A stretch of DNA of 36,254 nt from NCBI GenBank assembly GCA_029762535.1, contig JARVGK010000031.1:1-36254 (forward strand), in the 5' to 3' direction. The notes beneath the pieces are model-generated. The model did no database searches, was not told the DNA's origin, and was given only the letters and a program-made list of their open reading frames with translations. Below, piece by piece: positions 27,448 to 36,254 of this stretch. The position numbers and the translations under genes were made by a program. Within the stretch, counting starts at the first letter, position 1. Every line of letters begins with the position of its first letter. The stretch is from Thermoplasmatota archaeon (GTDB lineage: Archaea > Thermoplasmatota > Penumbrarchaeia > Penumbrarchaeales > Penumbrarchaeaceae).

Positions 27448-30213
27448 TCATACCTTTTGACCCCCGGGTATCTGCATAACGGCGCGTGATCCGCTCCCGT
27501 CTATGAGGACCCGGACCCCCCTCTCCGACCTTAGATGCATGACCCTATCGGACTCGTAGGCTTTTGGAATATCATCCAGAGCGCTCCAAAGGGCGGATCC
27601 GTCCTCCTCCGCATCCAAAGTGAGATAACCCAGGCGAAGGGACGATATGTTCTGGAAGAAATGGGAACCCTGGGACGGGTCGATCATCCTGTCGCCCACG
27701 GGCCTCTCCACCATCACTCCGACGGCCGAAATGTCGTTCCAGGCGACGGGTATGCCGAGCCATGGGTCGCATGATCCCCATCTACCGGGACCTATGAGGA
27801 GATGCTTTCTCCCCGATGAGGACACCTCCTTGTTGAGCTTTCCTATCTCCTTGACGAGGGCGTCCGCGCTCCTTCCCTCCAGCTCGCGCCCTTTGACCAT
27901 GATTATATCATTGAAGGCGAACTCTCCGTTGCCCATGGTCCTTCCGCATCTGAGCACGATCTCGTCCTCGGGGACGGAATCGAGATCGGCGAGCGATCTG
28001 CGGTCCCTGCCCCTCATGCTTCGCAGCTGCAGAAGGTAAAGTTCCGCATTCTCCCCGTCATCGAATATGTTCATGGCGAACTCGATCTCGACGGGAGTAC
28101 CCAGCGAGCGCTGGGACGCATCTAATATGTCCTTCATGACCTCGGCCATGGGGAAACGCTTCATCTGAAGAATGGGGGCGAAATCCACTATCCGGGGTCC
28201 GTCCCTGCCGCATCCCGGGTAGGTCCTGTCGTTCTCGCATGAATAGGTGGATACAAGACTGTCGAGGACACCGTCCTCCTCCGCCCTGGATAAGTCCTCG
28301 AGGACGATCTGCACGTCCTCGCCGAACTCGTTGGACCTCACGGTAGGTGAGAACTTCAGCGCGTAGAAACGCCTTTGAGTTCGATCGAGGCATTCCCGCC
28401 CCCCTCCGAGGAACGAGGAACGCGGATGGACGGGGCAGAACTTGAAGGTCGCCCCTCCGTCGACTATCATCTTTCCCAGCCCCACAGCGAGGCTGACGGT
28501 CCCGTCCTCGCTCCTGCATGTCGGGAAGGGCCAGTAATCGTAGGACCTCCCCACCCCGGATAGGTCAGGATAGTATAGTTCGCCGTGCGTGTTTCCGACG
28601 ACCTCCTGAATAACTGCCGCCATCTTCTCATCAGCATTATGGTTCCCTGTGCTTTCGAGATAGGCTCGTGCCCTCTTCAGGAAGGTTGAGGCATATACGT
28701 ATTTGATCCCCATGCTGATGTGCTTGAACCTCCGATCGAGCTCATGGCCTGAGTTCGAGAGCATCACCGATGCGTATATCCCGGCGAAGGGCTGGAAGAG
28801 CGCGTCCTCAAGAAGGCTCGAGGACCTGATTATCACGGGGTTCCTCACGATATCGGCGAAGTGGCGTATATCCCCGATAATGGTGCTGGGAAGGTCCGAT
28901 CTGAGGAACAGGTCGACGATCCTCTCGTCCGTCTCGTCCTTGAGCTTTTCGGGATCCAGTCCGTTGTTCTTGAGGAACTGGTCGAACACATCCGTAGCAA
29001 GTACAACGGTTCTTGGGACCTTTATCGTCAGATTGCTGTACTTTCCCCGGTCGAGGCTCATAGCCAATCCCTTGAGGAAAGATAACCCCCTGCCCTTGCC
29101 TCCCAGCTGTCCGCTCCCGATCCTGGTGAACTCGTCCTTGACCTGGGCGCTTCTTGTGAAATCCATTACGCTTCCGGACCCTCCCGAGCGGCGCCGCTCC
29201 TTGATAAGATCGATAAGGTGGGCTTTCCAATCTTGAGAGGCGTCCCGAAGGAATGCGTCCATATCGCGAACGATCTCGAACTCCGTCCTGCTTATCAGCC
29301 AAGGCCTGATACTTTTCCATTGATCCGGGCTTGGCCGGGTCGAATACAACAGCCTCTCAAGGCCCCTCAGGTCGCCACAGCTGCCCAGTTCCGTAACGCC
29401 CTCATCCTTGAGGACCAGATCCTCGGGGATGAGCATGTCGGATACGTTCTCCTCGGTGAGCTCCAAGGGGGGGAGTGACGGGATCCCTTTGATGGGAGCC
29501 TGATCGGAAATGACGAGCGAGACCCTGTCCCCGAAGCGGTGCAAGGCTTTTTCCAGCCCTCCGTAACGGATCGCGTCCATGACGCGTATCCTCCTCTCGA
29601 AGGCTCTGATCTTCTCTTTGAGCGCTGTTTTTCGGCCCATGATCCCCGGAAGCCTGGCCCATACGGCGTCGCAGGCGGCGATGATCGCATGAGACCTATC
29701 GGCCATATTCTCGATGTCCAGGAGAATAATGTGAGAGAGGCCTTCGTCCCTATCCGGGTCGTCAAGATATGACCGGTCCTCCATGAACTGGACTATACGG
29801 GGAACTATCTCAATCCCCTCGGGCATCAGGAAGATCGAGTCAAAGGCCGAGGGATCGATCTCTCCTTCCTGGTCAAGAACGCCTTTGTTCCTCGTCAAAA
29901 AGGCCAGCTTACCGGCGGGTGAAAATGCCCTCGCTCTCTCGATAAGATCGCCCATTGGCATGTCCGCGGGAGGATTGAACACCAAGGCGAGATCGATCCC
30001 GCCTCCCTCAATGGATCCAAGGGCCTGTTGGCCTCCGGAAGCGAAATCCACATCCGGAACGAAACCAAGATCGGCCTCGGAGTACCTTTTGGACAGGGCA
30101 GTTATTATAGGGACCTCACCCTCCAGATACAGCCGGTCGAACTCCGATGCTATCAGCAGCATGTGCCGGACGCTGGAGGTGGTGTCCCGATCCGCATCCA
30201 CGCTTTCGCTCAT
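27448..30213 (-). CDS. PEP-synthase-like ATP-grasp protein with degenerate receiver-like N-terminus and GSHFF domain (paralogue of 15087-18041)
   Basis: GGKGRGLSFL, IIRSSSLLED...FAGIY, EKMAAVIQEVVG, VEIEFAM...LLQLR, GPGRWGS and DPSQGSHFFQN. Confidence 0.85.
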   Translation of the reverse strand: MSESVDADRDTTSSVRHMLLIASEFDRLYLEGEVPIITALSKRYSEADLGFVPDVDFASGGQQALGSIEGGGIDLALVFNPPADMPMGDLIERARAFSPAGKLAFLTRNKGVLDQEGEIDPSAFDSIFLMPEGIEIVPRIVQFMEDRSYLDDPDRDEGLSHIILLDIENMADRSHAIIAACDAVWARLPGIMGRKTALKEKIRAFERRIRVMDAIRYGGLEKALHRFGDRVSLVISDQAPIKGIPSLPPLELTEENVSDMLIPEDLVLKDEGVTELGSCGDLRGLERLLYSTRPSPDQWKSIRPWLISRTEFEIVRDMDAFLRDASQDWKAHLIDLIKERRRSGGSGSVMDFTRSAQVKDEFTRIGSGQLGGKGRGLSFLKGLAMSLDRGKYSNLTIKVPRTVVLATDVFDQFLKNNGLDPEKLKDETDERIVDLFLRSDLPSTIIGDIRHFADIVRNPVIIRSSSLLEDALFQPFAGIYASVMLSNSGHELDRRFKHISMGIKYVYASTFLKRARAYLESTGNHNADEKMAAVIQEVVGNTHGELYYPDLSGVGRSYDYWPFPTCRSEDGTVSLAVGLGKMIVDGGATFKFCPVHPRSSFLGGGRECLDRTQRRFYALKFSPTVRSNEFGEDVQIVLEDLSRAEEDGVLDSLVSTYSCENDRTYPGCGRDGPRIVDFAPILQMKRFPMAEVMKDILDASQRSLGTPVEIEFAMNIFDDGENAELYLLQLRSMRGRDRRSLADLDSVPEDEIVLRCGRTMGNGEFAFNDIIMVKGRELEGRSADALVKEIGKLNKEVSSSGRKHLLIGPGRWGSCDPWLGIPVAWNDISAVGVMVERPVGDRMIDPSQGSHFFQNISSLRLGYLTLDAEEDGSALWSALDDIPKAYESDRVMHLRSERGVRVLIDGSGSRAVMQIPGGQKV

Positions 30214-30269
30214 GGGGGGGCAATGGATCGGCGGGTTATTAATCTCCCGATGGGCATTTCATTACTTCA

Positions 30270-31556
30270 TCAGATCCATCCGCGGAGGTGGCAGGCCTCT
30301 GCCACTCTCGAGATGGCTATCATGTAGGCGGACTCTCTGAGTGGGATGTTCCTGTGCTTGGTGAGGTCGAGCACACCGTGGAACGCCTGGGTCATCTTCT
30401 CGTCGAGCTTTCCGAGGACCTCGTCTCTGGACCAGTAGTAGTTCATGTTGCACTGGACCTGCTCGAAGTAGCTGCAGGTGACCCCGCCGGCGTTCGCCAG
30501 GAAGTCGGGTATGACCATTATCTTCCTGGAGCTCAGGACCGAGTCGGCCTCCGGCGTGGTGGGGCCGTTGGCGCCTTCCGATACCAGCTTGACCCTCTTG
30601 TCGATCCTGTCAACGTTGGAGGCGGTTATCGAATTTTCGAGGGCCGCCGGTATCAGGATATCGACGTTCATTTCGATCCAGTCATCACCGGGAATGCGCT
30701 CGTAGCCCATCGCCTTGGCCTTGTCGAAATCTATTGACCCGTACCGGTCGGTGATGGATCGCAATTCCTTGAGATAGATGCCCTCTTCCTTGACAAAGGT
30801 GTAGGCCTTCTTCTCCTGCTGGTTCCAGCAGGATACGCATTTGACCGTCCCTCCATACTGGTTGTAGAGCTCGATGGTGTACTGGGCCACGTTGCCGAAA
30901 CCCTGAACGGCGGCGGTGGTCTTGGAAATGTCCATCTCGAGGTCCTTGAGCGCCTCCCTGGTGTGGTATATAACGCCGTAGCCGGTCGCCTCGGTCCTGC
31001 CGAGGGACCCGCCCATGCCGACCGGTTTGCCGGTAATGAATCCGGGGTACTTTCCACCGGAGAGCTTTTCGTACTCGTCAAGCATCCATAGCATGTGCTG
31101 CCCGCTCGTCATCACGTCCGGGGCGGGAACGTCCTTGAAGGGCCCTACGTTCTGATACACCTGCCTGACCCAGCCGCGGCAGATCCCCTCCTGTTCTCTC
31201 ATCGAGAGATCGTGAGGATCGCATATGACGCCACCTTTGCCCCCGCCCAGCGGGATGTCGGCGACCGCGCATTTCCAGGTCATCCACATCGCAAGCGCCC
31301 TGACGGTGTCGGCGGTCTCCTGCGGGTGGAACCTTATGCCGCCCTTGCAGGGACCGCGGGCGTCGTTGTGCTGCACCCGGAACCCTTTGAAGACGCGGTA
31401 CGTCCCATCGTCCATCCTCACCGGGATGGAAAAATGGTATTCCCTCAAGGGCTCCCTGAGAAGGTTCCTCGAGGCTTGGTCCAATTCCAGTTTCTCGGCG
31501 ACAGCATCGAACTGATCCTGCGCCATCTTGTAGGCGTTGAAACCCTTTTCGGCCAA
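30270..31556 (-). CDS. Glu/Leu/Phe/Val dehydrogenase, probable glutamate dehydrogenase (GudB/archaeal-like clade)
   Basis: RGPCKGGIRFHP, MTWKCA, GGGKGG, DVPAPD, TGKP, VQGFGNVA, EGANGP and NAGGVTCSYFE. TTG start after GGAGAG. Confidence 0.9.
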   Translation of the reverse strand: MAEKGFNAYKMAQDQFDAVAEKLELDQASRNLLREPLREYHFSIPVRMDDGTYRVFKGFRVQHNDARGPCKGGIRFHPQETADTVRALAMWMTWKCAVADIPLGGGKGGVICDPHDLSMREQEGICRGWVRQVYQNVGPFKDVPAPDVMTSGQHMLWMLDEYEKLSGGKYPGFITGKPVGMGGSLGRTEATGYGVIYHTREALKDLEMDISKTTAAVQGFGNVAQYTIELYNQYGGTVKCVSCWNQQEKKAYTFVKEEGIYLKELRSITDRYGSIDFDKAKAMGYERIPGDDWIEMNVDILIPAALENSITASNVDRIDKRVKLVSEGANGPTTPEADSVLSSRKIMVIPDFLANAGGVTCSYFEQVQCNMNYYWSRDEVLGKLDEKMTQAFHGVLDLTKHRNIPLRESAYMIAISRVAEACHLRGWI

Positions 31557-31609
31557 ACAAATCTCTCCATGCTTTCAGGCCATTAAGGCCATCTGCTCAT
31601 AGATGGGCA

Positions 31610-31619
31610 TTATATATAA
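31610..31619 (-). promoter_or_regulatory. TATA box for the second dehydrogenase and downstream genes
   Basis: Minus-strand TTATATATAA about 55 bp upstream of the TTG start at 31556. Confidence 0.5.
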
Positions 31620-31645
31620 CTTGCCGTAACAACACCGATGTTCAT

Positions 31646-31684
31646 ACGAACGAAAACGGTAAGGCCCCGATTGTGCGGGGCCTT
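31646..31684 (-). terminator. Hairpin terminator downstream of gdhA
   Basis: Perfect 9-bp stem AAGGCCCCG / CGGGGCCTT (31661-31684) with a 6-nt loop, followed on the minus strand by ACCGTTTTCGTTCGT, ~20 bp after the stop codon. Confidence 0.6.
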
Positions 31685-31703
31685 TGAACATCCGATATCC
31701 GGA

Positions 31704-33119
<1,416 letters not shown>

Positions 33120-33124
33120 TCACA

Positions 33125-33170
33125 TTATGATATTTAATATCGACACAACCCCCGAGGTAAGGTTAATACA
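33125..33170. promoter_or_regulatory. Divergent gdhA / purF-like promoter region
   Basis: AT-rich palindrome GATATT-T-AATATC (33129-33141) and GGTTAATA (~33161-33168) between divergent starts. Confidence 0.4.
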
Positions 33171-33202
33171 TTTGATACCCTTTATCTCGTGGGGGCATTT
33201 CA

Positions 33203-34600
33203 ATGAGTGGGATATTCGGTGTATTGGGGTCCTCGAACTGCGTTCAAGAACTGTTCTACGGCGTGGATTATCATTCCCATCTGGGGACCCAGTATGGAGG
33301 GTTGGCGGTTTGGGGCGACAACGGCATACCCAAGATCAAGATACACGGGATCTCGAACTCCCAGTTCAAGTCCAAGTTCCAAGAGGACTATCATGACCTT
33401 GAGGGTAACATGGGGATCGGGGCGATATCGAGCGCCCACCCCCAACCCCTCAGCTTCCTGTCGAGGGCAGGCCCATTCTGCCTCTGCATCGACGGGCAGA
33501 TCAGCAACAAGGACGATATCGTCAAAGAGGTACTCGAGAGGGGCGGATCGTTCTCCGAGCCCGAGGACGGGACCATCAACGATGCCGAGATCATAGCCAA
33601 ATTGATATCGTCAAAGAGGACCTATGTAGAGGGGATCGAGAACGCGTTCGAGAGGGTGGAGGGCTCCGTGTCACTGCTTTTGTTATGTCGCGAGGGCATC
33701 TACGCGGCAAGGGATCCTCGCGGCAGAAACCCTTTATCCATAGGCAAGAGCGAAGGTTCCTGGGTCGCGGCAACGGAGACCAGCTCTTTTTGCAACCTCG
33801 GTTTCTCTCCCTACAAGGACATCTCTCCCGGTGAGATAATGCTTCTTGGGGTGGACGGGCCCAAGGAGGTCAAGGGAGGATGCGGCTGCGGCAGGATATG
33901 CACGTTCCTCTGGATATACACCGGTTTTCCCCCTAGCGATTTCGAGGGTGTGAACACCGAGATCGTAAGGGAAAGATGCGGCTCCTATCTGGCAAAGAGG
34001 GATGATATCGTCCCTGACATTGTCTCCGGGGTCCCGGATTCCGGGGTGGGGCACGCCATCGGATATGCCATGGAGTCGGGCAGGCCCTACCGCCGCCCTC
34101 TGGTCAAATACACCCCTGGTTACGGCAGAAGCTACACCCCTCCGGACCAGTCCACGAGGGATCGGGTCGCCCAGATGAAACTGATCCCCAACAGAGCGGT
34201 GATACAGGGGAACAGCATAGTGGTTTGCGAGGACTCGATAGTGAGGGGGACACAGCTGAAGAACTTCGCCATAAAGAAGCTGTGGGACTGCGGGGCCAAG
34301 GAGATCCACGTGAGAGTGGCGTGCCCCCCGCTTTTGTTCCCCTGCGTTTACAACATCTCCACTCGGACCAGGTCCGAGCTTGCCGCGAGGAAGGCCATGA
34401 TGGCACTTTGGGGAAAGGATATGGAGGATGTCTCATCCTTCCTGGATCATAATAGCCCGGAGTTCAAGGATATGGTAGAGTGGATCCGGGTCGATCAGGG
34501 GATAACCAGCCTCCAGTATCAGACGCTCGAGGACATGATCTCGGCGATAGGGATCCCCCAGGAGAGGCTGTGCACCTACTGCTGGACCGGGAAGGAATGA
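33203..34600 (+). CDS. purF: Amidophosphoribosyltransferase (PurF)-like protein with degenerate glutaminase domain
   Basis: YAARDPRGRNPL, GVPDSG, KYTPGYGRSY, PRPP loop VCEDSIVRGTQ, GAKEIHVRVACPP...PC and CTYCWTG. The N-terminus is MSGIFG, not MCG. Confidence 0.8.
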   Translation: MSGIFGVLGSSNCVQELFYGVDYHSHLGTQYGGLAVWGDNGIPKIKIHGISNSQFKSKFQEDYHDLEGNMGIGAISSAHPQPLSFLSRAGPFCLCIDGQISNKDDIVKEVLERGGSFSEPEDGTINDAEIIAKLISSKRTYVEGIENAFERVEGSVSLLLLCREGIYAARDPRGRNPLSIGKSEGSWVAATETSSFCNLGFSPYKDISPGEIMLLGVDGPKEVKGGCGCGRICTFLWIYTGFPPSDFEGVNTEIVRERCGSYLAKRDDIVPDIVSGVPDSGVGHAIGYAMESGRPYRRPLVKYTPGYGRSYTPPDQSTRDRVAQMKLIPNRAVIQGNSIVVCEDSIVRGTQLKNFAIKKLWDCGAKEIHVRVACPPLLFPCVYNISTRTRSELAARKAMMALWGKDMEDVSSFLDHNSPEFKDMVEWIRVDQGITSLQYQTLEDMISAIGIPQERLCTYCWTGKE

Positions 34601-34712
34601 GGCCCGTATCCATCAACCAGAGACGGGGTATGGGTAAAAGATTTAAATCAAGAGGGCCATTTAATAATCGGACCCCGGCTCCCAGTTATATCGGAAAAGG
34701 CGATGATGATTT

Positions 34713-36047
34713 ATGAGGGTGAGTACCAGGAATATGATCCTCTTCGTATTGGGTCATTTTTGTCGTAAGGATAGCATGTCTTCGATCGACCATGTCCGTT
34801 TCTGTGAAGCTCTCAAAATAACCGAAAGGACCCTTAACCAAAGCTTAGGCGATTTGAGGAATGAGGGATATACCAAAAGAGGGAAGAATGACGGCCTTTT
34901 CGATCATCTTCTCACGGAAAAGGGAGTGGAGGAATACCGCCGATTGATGGATGAGATCTACAAGCTTGAGCTTGTGCCGGATCTGCATGGTGTCTTGAAG
35001 AGATACAAGATGAGGTCGATCCTATCCAAAATAAGGGATCCGTTTATATCGGTCAAGATCATTCAAATAGTATCTACTGGTAAACCATACGAAATATTCG
35101 ATATCGTCGGCAACCAATTATCTATGGGTTCGACCATAAGGGAGAATGCTATCTTCGAAGAGATGGCCCGTGCGAACGGAGGTATATCCTACCCATTGGA
35201 TCATTACATCCGTTCAACGACATTCGTCGGTTACCGATCGGACGATCCCATTAAAGAAGAAAGCTACGATTCGAGGAACGAAATCCTCTACAGGGCGAAT
35301 CTTCTCAGGAGGACCGGCCGAGTCAAGGGATCCCTTCGTCTGTATATGGACATATTATCCGCTGATAGGATCGATCCCGGATGTTGGATAAGCTGCATTG
35401 TGGGGGTTATACAATGCACCAAAGCATTGGAGGGCCCGGAGATAGCGATCGCATTATGCAACAAGGCTCTGGAGGATACGTCCTTGAACGCATCTCATAG
35501 AGCGTATATATTGAAAACAAAAGCAGATATTCTCTCTGACATTTGCCTTCATGATCAGGCAGACGAGGCATATGTCCTCTCGCTCAGGATCTCCAGGGCT
35601 GAGAAGTTGAATGTTTTGAAAACGTTGATCATGAACAACATGGGCGTCAATTGGTTCCGGTGTAACAAGAGAGATGAAGCCGAGAAAGCTTGGCGTGATT
35701 GCCGCAGATCCGCTCAAGCGCATCGCCTTCCCTGGATCAAGACACTAAGCGAGATCAACCTCTCGGATATTTATGCGTTGAAAGGCATGTTCCGTACTGC
35801 CAAAGACCTGCTCAGATCATCCAGGTCTTTCATGTTGAAGGTCGGAGATATGGAAGGCGTATCGGAAGTTGACTTCAACCTGGCACTGGTGAGCATCGCG
35901 GAAGGGAAACGAGAGAGGGCGCTTGACCATTTTCGGAAATGCGAGGAGTTCCCTCTTGTGTACAGGGCAAAGGCATTGGAGAGGAGAGAGGTGATGAGGG
36001 AGCGTTTTGAGGGTAAAGGCTGGGGCTGGAAATGGGAGAGTACGTAA
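34713..36047 (+). CDS. Winged-HTH + tetratricopeptide-repeat protein, putative regulator
   Basis: N-terminal FCEALKITERTLNQSLGDLRNEGY...LTEKG (MarR-like wHTH). C-terminal TPR-like helices (NNMGVNWF...EAEKAW, INLSDIY, FNLALVSIAEGKRERALDHF). Visibly more AT-rich than flanking genes. Confidence 0.7.
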   Translation: MRVSTRNMILFVLGHFCRKDSMSSIDHVRFCEALKITERTLNQSLGDLRNEGYTKRGKNDGLFDHLLTEKGVEEYRRLMDEIYKLELVPDLHGVLKRYKMRSILSKIRDPFISVKIIQIVSTGKPYEIFDIVGNQLSMGSTIRENAIFEEMARANGGISYPLDHYIRSTTFVGYRSDDPIKEESYDSRNEILYRANLLRRTGRVKGSLRLYMDILSADRIDPGCWISCIVGVIQCTKALEGPEIAIALCNKALEDTSLNASHRAYILKTKADILSDICLHDQADEAYVLSLRISRAEKLNVLKTLIMNNMGVNWFRCNKRDEAEKAWRDCRRSAQAHRLPWIKTLSEINLSDIYALKGMFRTAKDLLRSSRSFMLKVGDMEGVSEVDFNLALVSIAEGKRERALDHFRKCEEFPLVYRAKALERREVMRERFEGKGWGWKWEST

Positions 36048-36126
36048 AAGTTTATAACACCCCCCCCTCTCAAAATGGCAGATCAGGATAATCATTATAT
36101 CCTCAAGGTAGTTATTATACCAGCTG

Positions 36127-36254
36127 ATGTTGACAAAGCGACAAAAAAGGTTCCTCGCTCTTTGTATCTCTCTTTCAGCTATGATCATTATCGTATTATT
36201 GATGCAGGAGAAAGCGTCAGCCACCTCTAATCCGGAGACCAGATGCCTGATCAT
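36127..36254 (+). CDS. Start of a secreted protein (Sec signal peptide), truncated by window end
   Basis: ATG 36127 gives MLTKRQKRFLALCISLSAMIIIVLLMQEKASA|TSNPETRCLI: basic n-region, hydrophobic core and A-S-A cleavage motif. Too short for the ORF track. Confidence 0.65.
   Translation, partial: MLTKRQKRFLALCISLSAMIIIVLLMQEKASATSNPETRCLI

Noticed and set aside
15087-30213. Calling the three ATP-grasp proteins ppsA/ppdK
   Set aside because: They lack the canonical GGxTSHAA swivel motif and the C-terminal PEP/pyruvate TIM barrel.
35817-36254. 145-aa minus-strand ORF at the window end
   Set aside because: Overlaps the TPR gene in antisense; the plus strand gives a convincing signal-peptide ORF instead.

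Overview
Archaeal chromosomal window, most likely Thermoplasmatota (inferred from GGGP synthase, archaeal NFACT/RqcH, a Sec11-type signal peptidase, TATA-like promoters and GGAGG/GGTGA ribosome-binding sites). No rRNA, tRNA, CRISPR array, integrase or transposase was recognised. Left part (1-15 kb): a 5'-truncated GLUG/PKD surface protein, a Schlafen(AlbA_2)-HATPase-wHTH protein preceded by a duplicated palindrome, an MBL hydrolase, an MmcQ/YjbR gene that appears to start at ACG, a CinA-like protein, RqcH, a 669-aa cytoplasmic beta-sandwich protein with a mu-homology-like pattern, a signal peptidase, a PfkB kinase, GGGP synthase, Ogt and an orphan FeoA with a DtxR-like box. The main result is a ~19.5 kb glutamate/redox cluster (15087-34600). 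It holds three paralogous PEP-synthase-like proteins that keep the ATP-grasp and a conserved G[TS]HFF His but lack the pyruvate-binding barrel; they carry receiver, GAF-like or nucleotidyltransferase domains instead. The cluster also has a HydC/HydB/GltD-type (Stn/NfnABC-like) transhydrogenase, a metallophosphoesterase, two glutamate dehydrogenases and a PurF homologue whose glutaminase site is degenerate. I infer a possible dikinase-based signalling or protein-modification system controlling glutamate dehydrogenase and ammonia flux. The window ends with a wHTH-TPR regulator and the start of a secreted protein. All domain calls are by-eye motif recognition; no searches were run.
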